From Candidatus Hydrothermales bacterium (GTDB taxonomy: Bacteria > Hydrothermota > Hydrothermia > Hydrothermales > JAJRUZ01): a stretch of 38,845 nucleotides of DNA. Positions within the stretch are counted from its first letter, which is position 1. Every line of letters begins with the position of its first letter. The notes under the pieces are model-generated. The model was not told the DNA's origin. It worked only from the letters and a program-made list of their open reading frames with translations, and ran no database searches. The DNA is taken from the NCBI GenBank assembly GCA_039630575.1, contig JBCNUW010000018.1, forward strand, positions 1-38,845. Direction: 5' to 3'. A program made the translations under genes and the position numbers. This document shows positions 1 to 9,744 of the stretch, in pieces.

Positions 1-102
1 TATCTTAACATAGATAATATTCCTTCTGGGGTTTACTTTTTAAGGACAAGTAGTAGAGAAGTTCCAAGTTGTTTTAAAGTGGTGATTTCAAAAGGAGATT
101 AA
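1..102 (+). CDS. 3' end of a secreted protein with a T9SS/Por-type C-terminal sorting domain (partial, runs off the window)
   Basis: Frame 1 reads YLNIDNIPSGVYFLRTSSREVPSCFKVVISKGD*. The 'PSGVYFLR...KVVI.K' ending is typical of T9SS type A CTDs. Confidence 0.75.
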   Translation, partial: YLNIDNIPSGVYFLRTSSREVPSCFKVVISKGD

Positions 103-189
103 AGAACAAAGCAGAGATAACTTTTAGGTAGAAGATTTTGAGTATGAATTTTTAAGTGGTGAGAGTTTTTATTATTTGTCCTAAAAATA

Positions 190-330
190 TCTACTACACG
201 AATCTTTTGTTCAAGTCCTAAGACATCTTCCATTAAAAACATAATGAGCAACTCTACAATCTCTTTGACATCACTATTCCTATCGTCTCTTGAATAACCA
301 AACTCTGCAAACCTTTTAGTTCTTTTCCCT
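190..330 (-). mobile_element. Degenerate IS1634-family (IS4-like DDE) transposase remnant
   Basis: Minus-strand motifs in canonical order but in different frames: FAEFGYSRD (311-285), IGIVMSK (283-263), VAHYVFNG (252-229). They match the IS1634 'GYSRDxRxDxxQxVxGxV...PxxHxVFxGN' region with an internal deletion. Element ends not identified. Confidence 0.65.
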
Positions 331-594
331 TAAATTATTTTATATCCTTTAAAATCTTTTACCATTTCTTTTATAAACAAAATATTTTTTTAAAAAATTA
401 AATAAACTAAGGAAAAGAGGTAGATAGACATAAATAAAAAGTTAAAAAATACAAATATCCTTTTAGTTTCTTTTAAAATTTTCTAGTTTATTTAAAAAAT
501 TTGTTCCCACTAAAAAGTTTAGGCCCTAAGATTAAAAATTATTAAAAATCAAATAATTTTAAAAAAATAATTTAACTTAAGATAAAAAAATGAG

Positions 595-1106
595 TTAATT
601 TTCAATTCTAGTCTGAATCTTTAAGCCTTCATCAGAATGACATATTACCCATAGACCTTCTCTTAAAGCATATTTCTTTTACTTGTCAGGAAATTCTACT
701 ACTATAAATATTCCAATAGCATTTACTTTTTATTTTGCTTTTTCTATTGCTTCTTTAAACTCCTTTATCTCTTCATACCTTGCTTTTGTTTCTACCTTTA
801 TATAAAAAGATATTTTTCCTCATTCATCTTTCTCTCTAACCAGATATGAGGAATTTTTTCGGTATTTGGAATTATTACTTCACTTCCGTTAAATTCTAAA
901 TTTTTCACAAAACCTAAAGAATTTATAGCATTCATTATAGATTCACAAGTAAAACCTTTTGGAAGCTCATAGTCAATCTTATAATATTTTGGAAATTCAT
1001 AATTAAAATCTTCTTCATCATAAATTGAAAGCTCCCTTTTTATTTTTGATATCTCCTCTTTTATTTTCCTTAATTCCTCAATTACATCTTTTTTTATCGC
1101 AAAAGT
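595..1106 (-). pseudogene. Decayed coiled-coil plus PD-(D/E)XK restriction-endonuclease-like protein
   Basis: Manual translation: ...DVIEELRKIKEEISKIKRELS...PHIWLERK..KYLF, a frameshift near 810, then YIKVETKARYEEIKEFKEAIEKAK*KVNAIGIFIVVEFPDK*KKYALREGLWVI...EN*. Two in-frame TAA stops; start not recognisable. Confidence 0.5.
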
Positions 1107-1905
1107 TCAAATTTTTTATTTTCTTATTTGTGGATATAACTGTATTTAATTTTTAAATATGAGAAAAATTTAGTTTTCAAGTTTAGATATTATTTCTTAG
1201 TATTTCTTGTTTTTCTTTAATTTAAGATTGATTGAGTGAAAGTAAGGGATAAACTTTTTGAATAAGTTAAATTGGGAAAATCTGCCCACGAAATTTGGAA
1301 ACTATGGATTTTAATTTTTTCTTATTTTCAACTTGACTCTACCAAAAAATTTTACTCACTTCACCTAAAAATATCTAATATCTTTCTCACTACAATACTT
1401 ATATTTTGGTTTAAAAAATACCTACATCTGACATATGTTCACTTAAATTAATTTAAAGTCATCAAAAAATTCGAAACGTCTTAAGTTCCTTATCAATTAA
1501 TTATGCAAGTACATAAAAATTTATATCTCTTTCACATTATCCTTTATCTAAAGATGGATAAGCCTTATCATCTCATCAAAGACAAATACTCTTTAAAAAT
1601 AGGACATATAGAGATACAAAGAACAAAAAATAACTAGCACAAAAGATCTATTGGCTATTCAAGCATGAAAAATTTTCTCAAACATTTATCTAAATCAAAT
1701 TTTTTTTACATCTTCGTTTGCAAAGTGAAACAAATTTCATTATCTGTAAACAAAAAATTTCTTAAAGTTTTACTCTATTTATAACCTTCTCTAAGTATGG
1801 GATTACTTATTTTTTGTTTTCCTTTCTTTGTATGATCTCAAAATCCCTAAATATTTAAAAACTTTTATAGGTCTTTATATTATATTTGATCGATTTTTAG
1901 ATTAT

Positions 1906-2784
1906 TTATCCTTTCCTTAAACTCATATAAAAAGCTTGGTAAGCCTTATAGGAGCTTCTTACAAATGGTCCTGAGGCACAGTAAATAAATCCTAACTCAA
2001 GAGCTTTTTCTTTATAATAATTGAATTTTTCAGGATGAACATATTCTTTAACTTCAATGAACTTTTTGTTTGAGGAGGGTCTTAAGTATTGCCCAATTGT
2101 AACAACATCTACCCCAGCATTTCTTAGGTCTTTTAAAGTTTTAATTACCTCATCCTCTGTTTCAGAAAGTCCTACCATTATACTTGATTTTGTATAGATA
2201 TACGGTTTATATTTTTTTGCCTTTTCAAGTATAAAAATACTTCGCCAGTAATTTGCCCTTCTGTCTCTTACAAGTGGTGTTAATCTTTCCACAGTTTCTA
2301 CATTATGGGCAAGAACGTCAGGTTCAGAATCAAGAACTCTTTTTAAGGAATTTAGATTACCTTGAAAATCAGGTATTAGAGCTTCAACATAAGTGTTTGG
2401 GTTTAAATTTTTTATGTGGCAAATTGTTTTGGCAAAATGTTCGGCGCCTCCGTCAGGTAGATCATCTCTATCCACTGATGTTAAGACCACATACTTCAAA
2501 TTCCATTCTTTAACAGCTTCAGCAACTTTAAGTGGTTCATTTAAGTCAAGATAACCCTTTGGGTTACCGGTCTTCACATTACAGAACCTACATCCCCTTG
2601 TGCAGATTTCACCCATTATCATAATAGTTGCTGTTCCTTCTCCCCAGCAATCATTTATGTTTGGGCAAAGTGCCTCTTCACAAACTGTGTTAAGATTTTT
2701 GTCCCTTAAAGTTTTTTTGATTTTTACAAAATTTTCATTAGAGTAGAGTTTGATTTTAATCCAATCAGGTTTTCTTACTTTCAA
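1906..2784 (-). CDS. lipA: Lipoyl synthase (radical SAM)
   Basis: CEEALCPNINDC auxiliary cluster motif, CTRGCRFC radical SAM motif and C-terminal VRSSY. TTG start. Confidence 0.97.
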   Translation of the reverse strand: MKVRKPDWIKIKLYSNENFVKIKKTLRDKNLNTVCEEALCPNINDCWGEGTATIMIMGEICTRGCRFCNVKTGNPKGYLDLNEPLKVAEAVKEWNLKYVVLTSVDRDDLPDGGAEHFAKTICHIKNLNPNTYVEALIPDFQGNLNSLKRVLDSEPDVLAHNVETVERLTPLVRDRRANYWRSIFILEKAKKYKPYIYTKSSIMVGLSETEDEVIKTLKDLRNAGVDVVTIGQYLRPSSNKKFIEVKEYVHPEKFNYYKEKALELGFIYCASGPFVRSSYKAYQAFYMSLRKG

Positions 2785-2795
2785 AGAGATAAAAA

Positions 2796-2868
2796 CGCCC
2801 CGGGCAGGACTCGAACCTGCAACCTTCGGGTTAACAGCCCGCCGCTCTTCCTGTTGAGCTACCGGGGC
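2796..2868 (-). tRNA. tRNA-Asn (GTT), CCA not encoded
   Basis: GCCCCGG TA GCTC AACAGGAA GAGC G GCGGG CTGTTAA CCCGA AGGTT GCAGG TTCGAGT CCTGC CCGGGGC G: cloverleaf with GTT anticodon and discriminator G, followed by TTT. Confidence 0.96.
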
Positions 2869-2876
2869 TTCTTTTA

Positions 2877-2905
2877 ATTTTAAGCAAAAAAATTTAGAAA
2901 TTCAA
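2877..2905 (-). promoter_or_regulatory. Sigma70-type promoter for tRNA-Asn/lipA
   Basis: TTGAAT-17 nt-TAAAAT, ending 8 nt before tRNA position 1. Confidence 0.6.
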
Positions 2906-2912
2906 ATTTTAA

Positions 2913-4364
2913 TTATCTCTCATAGCAACCTATATCAAAACCATTTCCCTGTGGTCTTGGTTTTCCTTCAAGGTCAATGTTTGGAGCATTGTCAGATGTT
3001 CCTCTATCAATTGCAGGGCTTCCATCTCTTAAATGGTAATCCCCTATTTCTCCCCAGGCAGTTCTTACAAATAAAGGCCTACCATAAATATTTCCTGGTC
3101 CTAAATTTCCTATATTTGTTGAATCATAGATATTGTCTCCGTGTTGAAGAGCATAAAAACTTTTTGGAAAATAAAAAAGATTATTTTTTGCTGTTATCTG
3201 GGATGCCCTTCCTATTCCGATGTAGCAATTTCGCCCTTTACCAGAAAAGATATTATTTATAAGTTTAAGGTTTACAGGTATATCCCTATAACCCTCTGTT
3301 GTTTGAACGTACATAACACTTACAATTCCAAGAGTGTCGTCAACTGTACAGTTTATTATTTCAAAAGTTGAATTTGGTTTTTCAACTTGATCTATAACAA
3401 TTGATCCCCATGGAATATGTGTAGTATCTCTATCCCCTTTTCCGTATATTAAAGTATTTATCACCCTTGAACTATCCCCCCATAGTTTTACTCCGTCACA
3501 AGAATTGTTTGCAACAATGCATTCTTTTATGGTTGTATTTTTTACTTTTGAATCAAGACCGTCACCTTTATTATGCATAGCAATTGTATTTTCAACTAAC
3601 AAAGGACCATTTGATTCTTCCACTCCAAGTCCATCCGGTCTAGTATATGGATTGTTATCTATTCCTGGTCCGTAATAATGACCACTATAAGAGAGAGTAC
3701 ATCCTCTTATAATTACATTTCTCCATCCACCCTGAACTCCTTTAGGTCCTCCTACTGAACCGAATCCACAGTATTCAATTCTACATCCTATGATTGTCAG
3801 TGAGTCAATGTCTTTTATATTTATTCCAAATTCGTCGATATGATGTATATAAATGTTCTTTAGAACAATGTTTGTTGAAGGTAAGTCGCAGATATAGATG
3901 GCGTCGCGAAAATATTTACCTTCACCTTTTAATGTATCATTATGGGTAATTTCAATGTTTTCTATCCATATATAACTCTTTCCCGATAGGTCTATAGCAT
4001 GTGCAAGATTATTACCACCAGCTATAATAGGTCTTCTATTTCCCTCACGAGGTAAAATCACAAGAGTATCTCCTGGTGAAAGACGGGTTGTAGCGTAGGA
4101 AATTGTTTTCCACGGTTTTTCTCTAGTTCCTGGATCAGAATCATTCCCATTAGGCGATACAAAGTAAGTTCCTTCTCTATTTCCACCTATAATGTATATC
4201 CACTTTCCTCTTGTTCCAGAAGGTGGTATTATTCTATCTTCCCAATCAAGTAGGATATAGTCGTAGTTTTTAGGTATCGGTGGCTCTGGAGGATCTATTA
4301 TTTTCTTTTTACATTCAATAAATAACATAAATATTTGAAAAAAATAAATAATTTTTTTAAACAT
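2913..4364 (-). CDS. Right-handed parallel beta-helix (pectin lyase-like) putative lipoprotein with DUF1565-like N-terminal cap and choice-of-anchor Q-like C-terminus; N-terminal blocks appear permuted
   Basis: Hydrophobic N-terminus ending in IEC, Pro-rich linker, YFVSPNGND.PGT..PWKTI, repeated beta-helix rungs, C-terminal DYHLRDGSPAIDRG...DLEGKPRPQG..FDIGCYE. SD GGAGG lies 5 nt before the ATG. Confidence 0.85.
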   Translation of the reverse strand: MFKKIIYFFQIFMLFIECKKKIIDPPEPPIPKNYDYILLDWEDRIIPPSGTRGKWIYIIGGNREGTYFVSPNGNDSDPGTREKPWKTISYATTRLSPGDTLVILPREGNRRPIIAGGNNLAHAIDLSGKSYIWIENIEITHNDTLKGEGKYFRDAIYICDLPSTNIVLKNIYIHHIDEFGINIKDIDSLTIIGCRIEYCGFGSVGGPKGVQGGWRNVIIRGCTLSYSGHYYGPGIDNNPYTRPDGLGVEESNGPLLVENTIAMHNKGDGLDSKVKNTTIKECIVANNSCDGVKLWGDSSRVINTLIYGKGDRDTTHIPWGSIVIDQVEKPNSTFEIINCTVDDTLGIVSVMYVQTTEGYRDIPVNLKLINNIFSGKGRNCYIGIGRASQITAKNNLFYFPKSFYALQHGDNIYDSTNIGNLGPGNIYGRPLFVRTAWGEIGDYHLRDGSPAIDRGTSDNAPNIDLEGKPRPQGNGFDIGCYER

Positions 4365-4385
4365 CTTATCCTCCTAACTAGCCTT

Positions 4386-4415
4386 ATTTTATAACCTAAA
4401 AGTTACGTTTGTCAA
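4386..4415 (-). promoter_or_regulatory. Sigma70-type promoter for the beta-helix gene
   Basis: TTGACA-18 nt-TAAAAT upstream of the GGAGG ribosome binding site (4370-4374). Confidence 0.6.
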
Positions 4416-4510
4416 CTTTTAATTTTTTTATCAGTTAAAAGATAGAGGGAATAAAAAATAGAAATTTAAAAGAGTCAGGATCCTCAAGATGAAAAAATAA
4501 CTTTTGGAAA

Positions 4511-5200
4511 TTAATTACGATTTAAGCTATAGATTATTCTAAAAGATACAGTTAAAGTTTTTAATCTGACAAATTTATATTCATTTTTTCTTTCGTATAT
4601 ATAGCCTTCTTCGTCTTTTAAAAGAAATTTACCGTTTCTTCCAAAATTTAATATCTTTGATTCTCCAAATAAAAAAGAAATATTAAAGTTTTTAAAATCC
4701 TTAAAGATTCCTGTAAAAAATCCTAACCCACCACCTTTATAATTTTTAGGATACTCCTCATTTAACTTAAAGTTACTTTTTATATCAACTTTTAAATTTG
4801 CAAAGGGAAACTCATAACCAATTAAAAAACCGATTTTTTTAATCTTTATATAAGATAAAGAATTTAAAAAGAAAATAAAATATTCCCATCTTTGTTTTAT
4901 TTCGAAAGAATTTTCTTCTCCTTTATAGTAAAAGTTGCCTTTCACTCTATCAAACAAAAAACCGCCACCTATTAAAAATTTAATGTAATTCTTAGTTTCT
5001 ATATCATTTACTTCATAAATCTTAAAAAGGAAAATCGGTGAAAAGTTGTAACTCCTAAACCTTCCAAAACTACCTATCCAGCCAAGTGTTTTTGCTCTCC
5101 TTTCCAAAAGATCCAAATGTTTATTAAAATCTTTAATCCCTATATTCCTTATCTCTGCTCCTATATTTAAATTTAAGGATAAAAGGATATAAACTATCAT
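4511..5200 (-). CDS. Hypothetical protein, probable outer-membrane beta-barrel
   Basis: 229 aa ORF with a short hydrophobic N-terminus, alternating aromatic/Gly beta-strand patterns and terminal 'VSFRIIYSL'. ATGA overlap with the upstream gene. Confidence 0.55.
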   Translation of the reverse strand: MIVYILLSLNLNIGAEIRNIGIKDFNKHLDLLERRAKTLGWIGSFGRFRSYNFSPIFLFKIYEVNDIETKNYIKFLIGGGFLFDRVKGNFYYKGEENSFEIKQRWEYFIFFLNSLSYIKIKKIGFLIGYEFPFANLKVDIKSNFKLNEEYPKNYKGGGLGFFTGIFKDFKNFNISFLFGESKILNFGRNGKFLLKDEEGYIYERKNEYKFVRLKTLTVSFRIIYSLNRN

Positions 5201-6180
5201 GGAGGTAACTCAGTATCTTTAAAATAAAAGAATAAAGTTCCCTCTGCATAATCCCATTCACCATCTCCATAAGAAATAGCCATTAAAATGTTACTCCCAT
5301 TCCCACTCAGAATTATTTCTCTTGTGTCAGTTCTATAAAATAATCCATATGAAAATTCTATGAATTTATCTTGTGTAAATTTATAAGTTTTTAATTCCTC
5401 ATCAATGAAGTAAGCACATATAAACCCCCTTTTAATACAAGTGATAGACCTTACATACCTCCCATCAAACGACAAAGGCACTTCTTCCCATAAAATAAAG
5501 TCTTTACTTTTAAAAACTTTGTCTCTAAAGATTACATAAACATTTTCTTCTTCATCAACTGTTGCAAATATTATAGACATTTGAGAAGAGAAGATGGGAT
5601 AGAAAGAAATACCTTGATTATCTGAATAAAAAATTTCATGATCTGTTACAACAAAAATTTTGCCACTTTTTGTTAAAATAAAATTTTTACATCTTGATGG
5701 AAAAAAATAGATTGTATCAAACTCTATAAGATTATAGGATTTGATTAAAATTTTATTTTCAATAAAATAAAAAGTTAAAGAATCAAAGGGTGAAAAGGAA
5801 AAGAATGAAGGACTAAACGGTAATTTTATTTCTTTTAATTTATTCTCATCTACATTAAATATAAATATAAAAGAATCTCTGGATATTTCGTTAAACATTA
5901 TTTTTTCAGGATAATGGAAAGAAGAAGAAATTTGACCACAATATGAAATATCTAAAATAGGAAATAAATCATTTTTAAATTTATAAATTTTAGATGTAGA
6001 AGAAATGTAAAAAACTTCCTCATTTAATTTTGAATTTGCTACATAAAATACATCCCCTGAAATTTCACCTACATTTTTCCATATTTCTTCAAATTCATTA
6101 CCAAGAGGTAAAAAATTTGTTATTTCTCTTACACATGAGATAAATGTAATAAACAAAATTAAAAGAATTTTATTTATCAT
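5197..6180 (-). CDS. Hypothetical lipoprotein, possible beta-propeller (BNR/WD40-like)
   Basis: MINKILLILFITFISC lipobox-like signal and S-x-D/N-x-G-x-F/W-like repeats (YSDNQGISF, KSKDFILW). Start moved from the track's 6195 to ATG 6180 because a consensus -10 overlaps the TTG. Confidence 0.65.
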   Translation of the reverse strand: MINKILLILFITFISCVREITNFLPLGNEFEEIWKNVGEISGDVFYVANSKLNEEVFYISSTSKIYKFKNDLFPILDISYCGQISSSFHYPEKIMFNEISRDSFIFIFNVDENKLKEIKLPFSPSFFSFSPFDSLTFYFIENKILIKSYNLIEFDTIYFFPSRCKNFILTKSGKIFVVTDHEIFYSDNQGISFYPIFSSQMSIIFATVDEEENVYVIFRDKVFKSKDFILWEEVPLSFDGRYVRSITCIKRGFICAYFIDEELKTYKFTQDKFIEFSYGLFYRTDTREIILSGNGSNILMAISYGDGEWDYAEGTLFFYFKDTELPP

Positions 6181-6186
6181 ATTTTT

Positions 6187-6215
6187 ATTATACAACTTGT
6201 TTAAGTGATTGTCAA
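6187..6215 (-). promoter_or_regulatory. Perfect-consensus sigma70 promoter, likely leaderless transcript
   Basis: TTGACA-17 nt-TATAAT-6 nt-ATG(6180); no SD sequence. Confidence 0.8.
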
Positions 6216-6236
6216 TAAAAAAGAATTAAAAATTTC

Positions 6237-6695
6237 TCATATTTCTTTAAGATAATTTAATGCCATTTCAACAGCGGTTTTTGCATCCTTTGCTTCCACT
6301 CCTATATCGATTTTCCATGGAACTTTAACCTTAATTAAAGGTTTTTTAATTTTACCGCAAAGAGCTAACTCCATCAAAGTTCCATATTCTCCATCAATTG
6401 CAATTACTATATCAGATGACTTTATGATTATAACATTCCTTGCTTCACCTATCCCTGTAACAATAGGTAATCTAACCCATTTGTTTGCTTCCTCTTTTGA
6501 GTTTCCAGGTAAAATTCCTACAGTTAAACCACCCTCCTCATAGGCACCCTTACAAGCTGCTTCCATAACGCCACCAAGTCCGCCACAGATCAAAATATTT
6601 CCACTTTTAGCTATGTTTCTACCAATTTCATAGGCTATCTCGTAAATTTCTTCCGAGCAAGTTGACCCACCAATAACTCCAAATATTTTTTTCAT
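6237..6695 (-). CDS. SLOG/LOG superfamily protein (TIGR00725-like Rossmann fold)
   Basis: GVIGG, ICGGLGGVMEAACKGA, TVGILPG, GEARNVII and GEYGTLMELA motifs. Confidence 0.9.
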   Translation of the reverse strand: MKKIFGVIGGSTCSEEIYEIAYEIGRNIAKSGNILICGGLGGVMEAACKGAYEEGGLTVGILPGNSKEEANKWVRLPIVTGIGEARNVIIIKSSDIVIAIDGEYGTLMELALCGKIKKPLIKVKVPWKIDIGVEAKDAKTAVEMALNYLKEI

Positions 6696-6985
6696 ATTAT
6701 TTTTATTTTTTTTATTCTACTAATTTTAAAGCTTCTCCAACTATTTCGTAAATAAAAGTAAGCAAGTATCTTATCATAATCTGCTTTTTCAAGTTTAATT
6801 ACTCTTTTTGTTTCTTTTCCATCATTATCAATATATTCAATCTCTAATTTTTTTGAAAGTTCTATTGCTCTTTTTATCTTTTCGATCAAACTTAATTCTT
6901 CCTTTTTCTTTTTATTTTTTAATTTTTTATTCTTTTCTGATTTGATCTTTGATAGTTCTTGACCAAAAAGAATTATTTTAAGCAT
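6692..6985 (-). CDS. Small standalone WYL-domain protein
   Basis: IKRAIE...LEIEYIDNDGKETKRVI...ILAYFYLRNSWRSFKISRIKKI matches the WYL core. It overlaps the VWA stop upstream (ATGCTTAA) and the SLOG start downstream (ATGA). Confidence 0.8.
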   Translation of the reverse strand: MLKIILFGQELSKIKSEKNKKLKNKKKKEELSLIEKIKRAIELSKKLEIEYIDNDGKETKRVIKLEKADYDKILAYFYLRNSWRSFKISRIKKIKII

Positions 6986-8440
6986 AAATTTTTTGTGTAT
7001 GTTCTATTATCTTTTTAAGGATATCTTCTGTTTTATTTATCAGAACACAGGGAATTTTTCCCTTCAATTCTTCATATATAGAGTTATCTTCTCTATCTGA
7101 AACAGCACACATTTGTTTTTTGGATTATTTTCATAAACCTTTCTCATATTCTTTCCCAATTATAAATTATACCGTCTGTTATAAAAATTATTAAGGCATA
7201 TCTTTTAAACTCTCATAAACTTTTTTAATATCAAGATAAGTGATTCCCCTTTGAGTTGAAAATAACAATTCTTTTATTTTCTTGATTTCATGGTAAGAAC
7301 ACCATCCCGTTGAAATCGTGTTTGAACTAAAACTTATAAGTGAATATTTAATATAAGGAGCAATCTTTTTCCTCTTTAAAAAAGAAAAAATTCCGTAAAT
7401 TTAAAGTATAAGGTAATGATACTTTTTGTCCCAGGGTAAAGATCCTTCAATAAATGAACCTGTCATTTAAGAAGAGGAATCAATTATAAACATCAAATCA
7501 GGGAAAAATTCTTTCTTACTTTTTTTAAAGTTATCCCCTCTTTGAAGGGTTCAACATAAAAATTTATATTATTTTTAAATGGTAAATTTTTATCAAAAGC
7601 TTTTTTTTGAAATTTATTTCAAAAAATGAATTAGATTTTATATCAAAATTCTCCTTACCATAGCTTAAAAATGGAATTTCAAAACCTTCTTTTTCACGAA
7701 TCCCTATTTCAACATAAGGTGAAATACTGGTGTAATATATATCATAAAATAAAGGTTTAGAAATAAATGTAGGTTTTTCTCCCTTTTTTAACTTATGCCT
7801 AACATATCTTTCTAAATTCTCACGGGAAAATACAGTTCTTCTAAATATGGTAAGAAGTGATAAAAGCTCATTATTATTTCGAAAATATTTTTGTGAGTAA
7901 TTTATAAATTCTTTAAATAAAAATTTCCAGTTTAGGAATGTTCCAACTTTTTAACAAATTTTCAACATCTTTAATTATTTCTTTATATTTTTCTTCATTT
8001 ACTTTGAAATTTATAAAAACTTCCTTAATCTTATCCTTTTCATTTTATAAATACAGATTTAGAATAACAAAGAAGCAATAAAACTCTGAGCTATGTTCTG
8101 TAATTTGTGATTTAAAGAATTCATACTTGCCTTCATAAGGTGGATTTTTAAATTTATTGTAAACATTAACTATTATGTCCTCAAAGGCATTTAAAATATA
8201 AACTGAATCTTTACGTTTTTTAAAATTTTTCAATGAAATTTCTAAAAGCTCATAATGATATATTACATCCATTAAAAACTCCTCTTTCCATCTAAGTTCT
8301 TCTCCAATTTCAAAAATGATCCTTCATTTGTAAACGTCAATACTTGCTTTAATTTTTTTCCCTTCTATTTTTCTTACTTCTATAAAGCCACCTATAAAAT
8401 TAAGATTTGTATAGATATCTTCAAAAATTTTCTCGATCAT
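6978..8440 (-). pseudogene. VWA (MIDAS) domain protein partnered with a MoxR AAA+; multiple stops and frameshifts
   Basis: Stitched translation: MIEKIFEDIY...VYK*RIIFE...DVIYH...LNAFEDIIVN...; later PDLMFIIDSSS*M (7481-7464, DxSxS with TCA>TAA), LISFSS, and IIFITDG (7182-7171); ends ...HTQKIYA*. Track ORF 8045-8272 is one fragment. Confidence 0.8.
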
Positions 8441-9673
8441 TTTTTAAATAATAGCTTATTAAGGGATTTTTATACTTACTTAAAATTTTTTCTATTTTGT
8501 CTTTACTTTTAATTTTTAAAAGATTACCCTCATTTTTTGCTATCTCATTTATTTCAGAAACTATCTCCTTGATAAATGACCAATCTTCATTTATTTTATT
8601 TAATTCCTCTTTGCTTTCAATCTTTTTCCTTATCATTCTTTCTATATCTATTGCTGCAAAGTAGGTATCTCCCATGTATTTTGTCTCTGTGAAAAACTCA
8701 TTTATAATACCGTTGAAAGGACTCATGAACGAAAAGCTTTCAAGGATATCAATATAATCAACATATTCTTTCTTTATCCCTTTATAACTAAGATAAAGAT
8801 TTTTTGATTTCGAGAAAACCACTAAATTTTTGAGGAACCTTATACTTGGTGGTATTGTATATCCACATCCTTCTCCCAGATTTGACATCCTTCACACATT
8901 GATGGTATGGAATTTATTGATATTCTCTTTGAATTAAGCTTATTTTTTTTACAATACCCAAGTCCATATCTTAAGTAAAGTAGAGCAATTATTACGTCAA
9001 GTGTTAATTTAACACTTTCAATTTCTTTGTTTATTTTCTTAAAAATTTCTACAAAATTTCCATTTTTACTTAAACCTTTATTACTTCTATTTTCGATAAT
9101 CTCAATCATGTTTTTTGGTGAAGGACTAAAATGAACCACATTTATTATTAAAGGGAACCTATCAAGAATTGAAGAATCCATTTCAAAAGTTCCAGAGTAT
9201 CTTGAAATTACCTTCCTTTCGTAATTTGCAGTACAAAAAACCCCATGATATCCGTTACCAAGTAATATCTTTTTATTTTCAAACTCAATGTATCCATCAA
9301 GAATATGAAAAAATTCATTTTGGATAATTTCAGGTGCTCTGTTTATCTCGTCTATAATTGTAAAGTTTGCATCTTTGATCTCTTTCAATTCAAATTAAAA
9401 TTTTTTTATGTTAAATTTCTCAAAGATTTCTCTCAACTTCATATCGGGTCTTGCTCCTATGTATATTCCCTTATCTTCAAAATAAAGGGAATTTACCTCA
9501 TGCGCAAGTTGAGTTTTACCCTCACCTCTTTCACCTATCAGTAAGATATTTAACTTTCCAATAAGGGAAATTTTTATTATGTCAGATAGTGTTAAGTTAT
9601 CCTTAAAATTTCTAATTACAGTGTTGTTATTATAAATTTCTAAATCTTTTATCTCAAAAAATTCCCTTTTCAT
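8421..9673 (-). pseudogene. MoxR-family AAA+ ATPase (~415 aa) broken by an in-frame TAA (9395-9397) and a frameshift (~8880)
   Basis: Walker A GERGEGKT, Walker B IIDEINRAP, sensor TAN, Arg finger DRFP and a Cys cluster YC...CEGC...GC. Track ORFs 9395-9673 and 8840-9388 share a frame; 8421-8888 continues in a shifted frame. Confidence 0.88.
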
Positions 9674-9695
9674 ACCTTAAATATATCTTCTTTTG

Positions 9696-9712
9696 GTGAC
9701 AAATTTTGTGAC
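9696..9712. promoter_or_regulatory. Candidate WYL-regulator operator (imperfect palindrome)
   Basis: GTGACA-AATTT-TGTGAC, one mismatch from GTGACA-N5-TGTCAC, in the 71-bp divergent intergenic region. Confidence 0.55.
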
Positions 9713-9744
9713 TTTATATTCAAAGAATAAGTAAAATTTTTGAA

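Noticed and set aside
1330..1440. Possible IS200 TnpA-like fragment (CRYF..KPKYKY on the minus strand)
   Set aside because: Too short and needs a frameshift; no HUH motif or terminal hairpin seen.
2253..3371. Short plus-strand ORFs (2253, 2951, 3141)
   Set aside because: Antisense shadows of lipA and the beta-helix gene with no recognisable motifs.
6978..9673. Stop-codon reassignment as an explanation for the in-frame stops
   Set aside because: The lesions mix TAA, TGA and frameshifts. Housekeeping genes terminate at TGA, TAA and TAG normally, and an intact RF2 is present.
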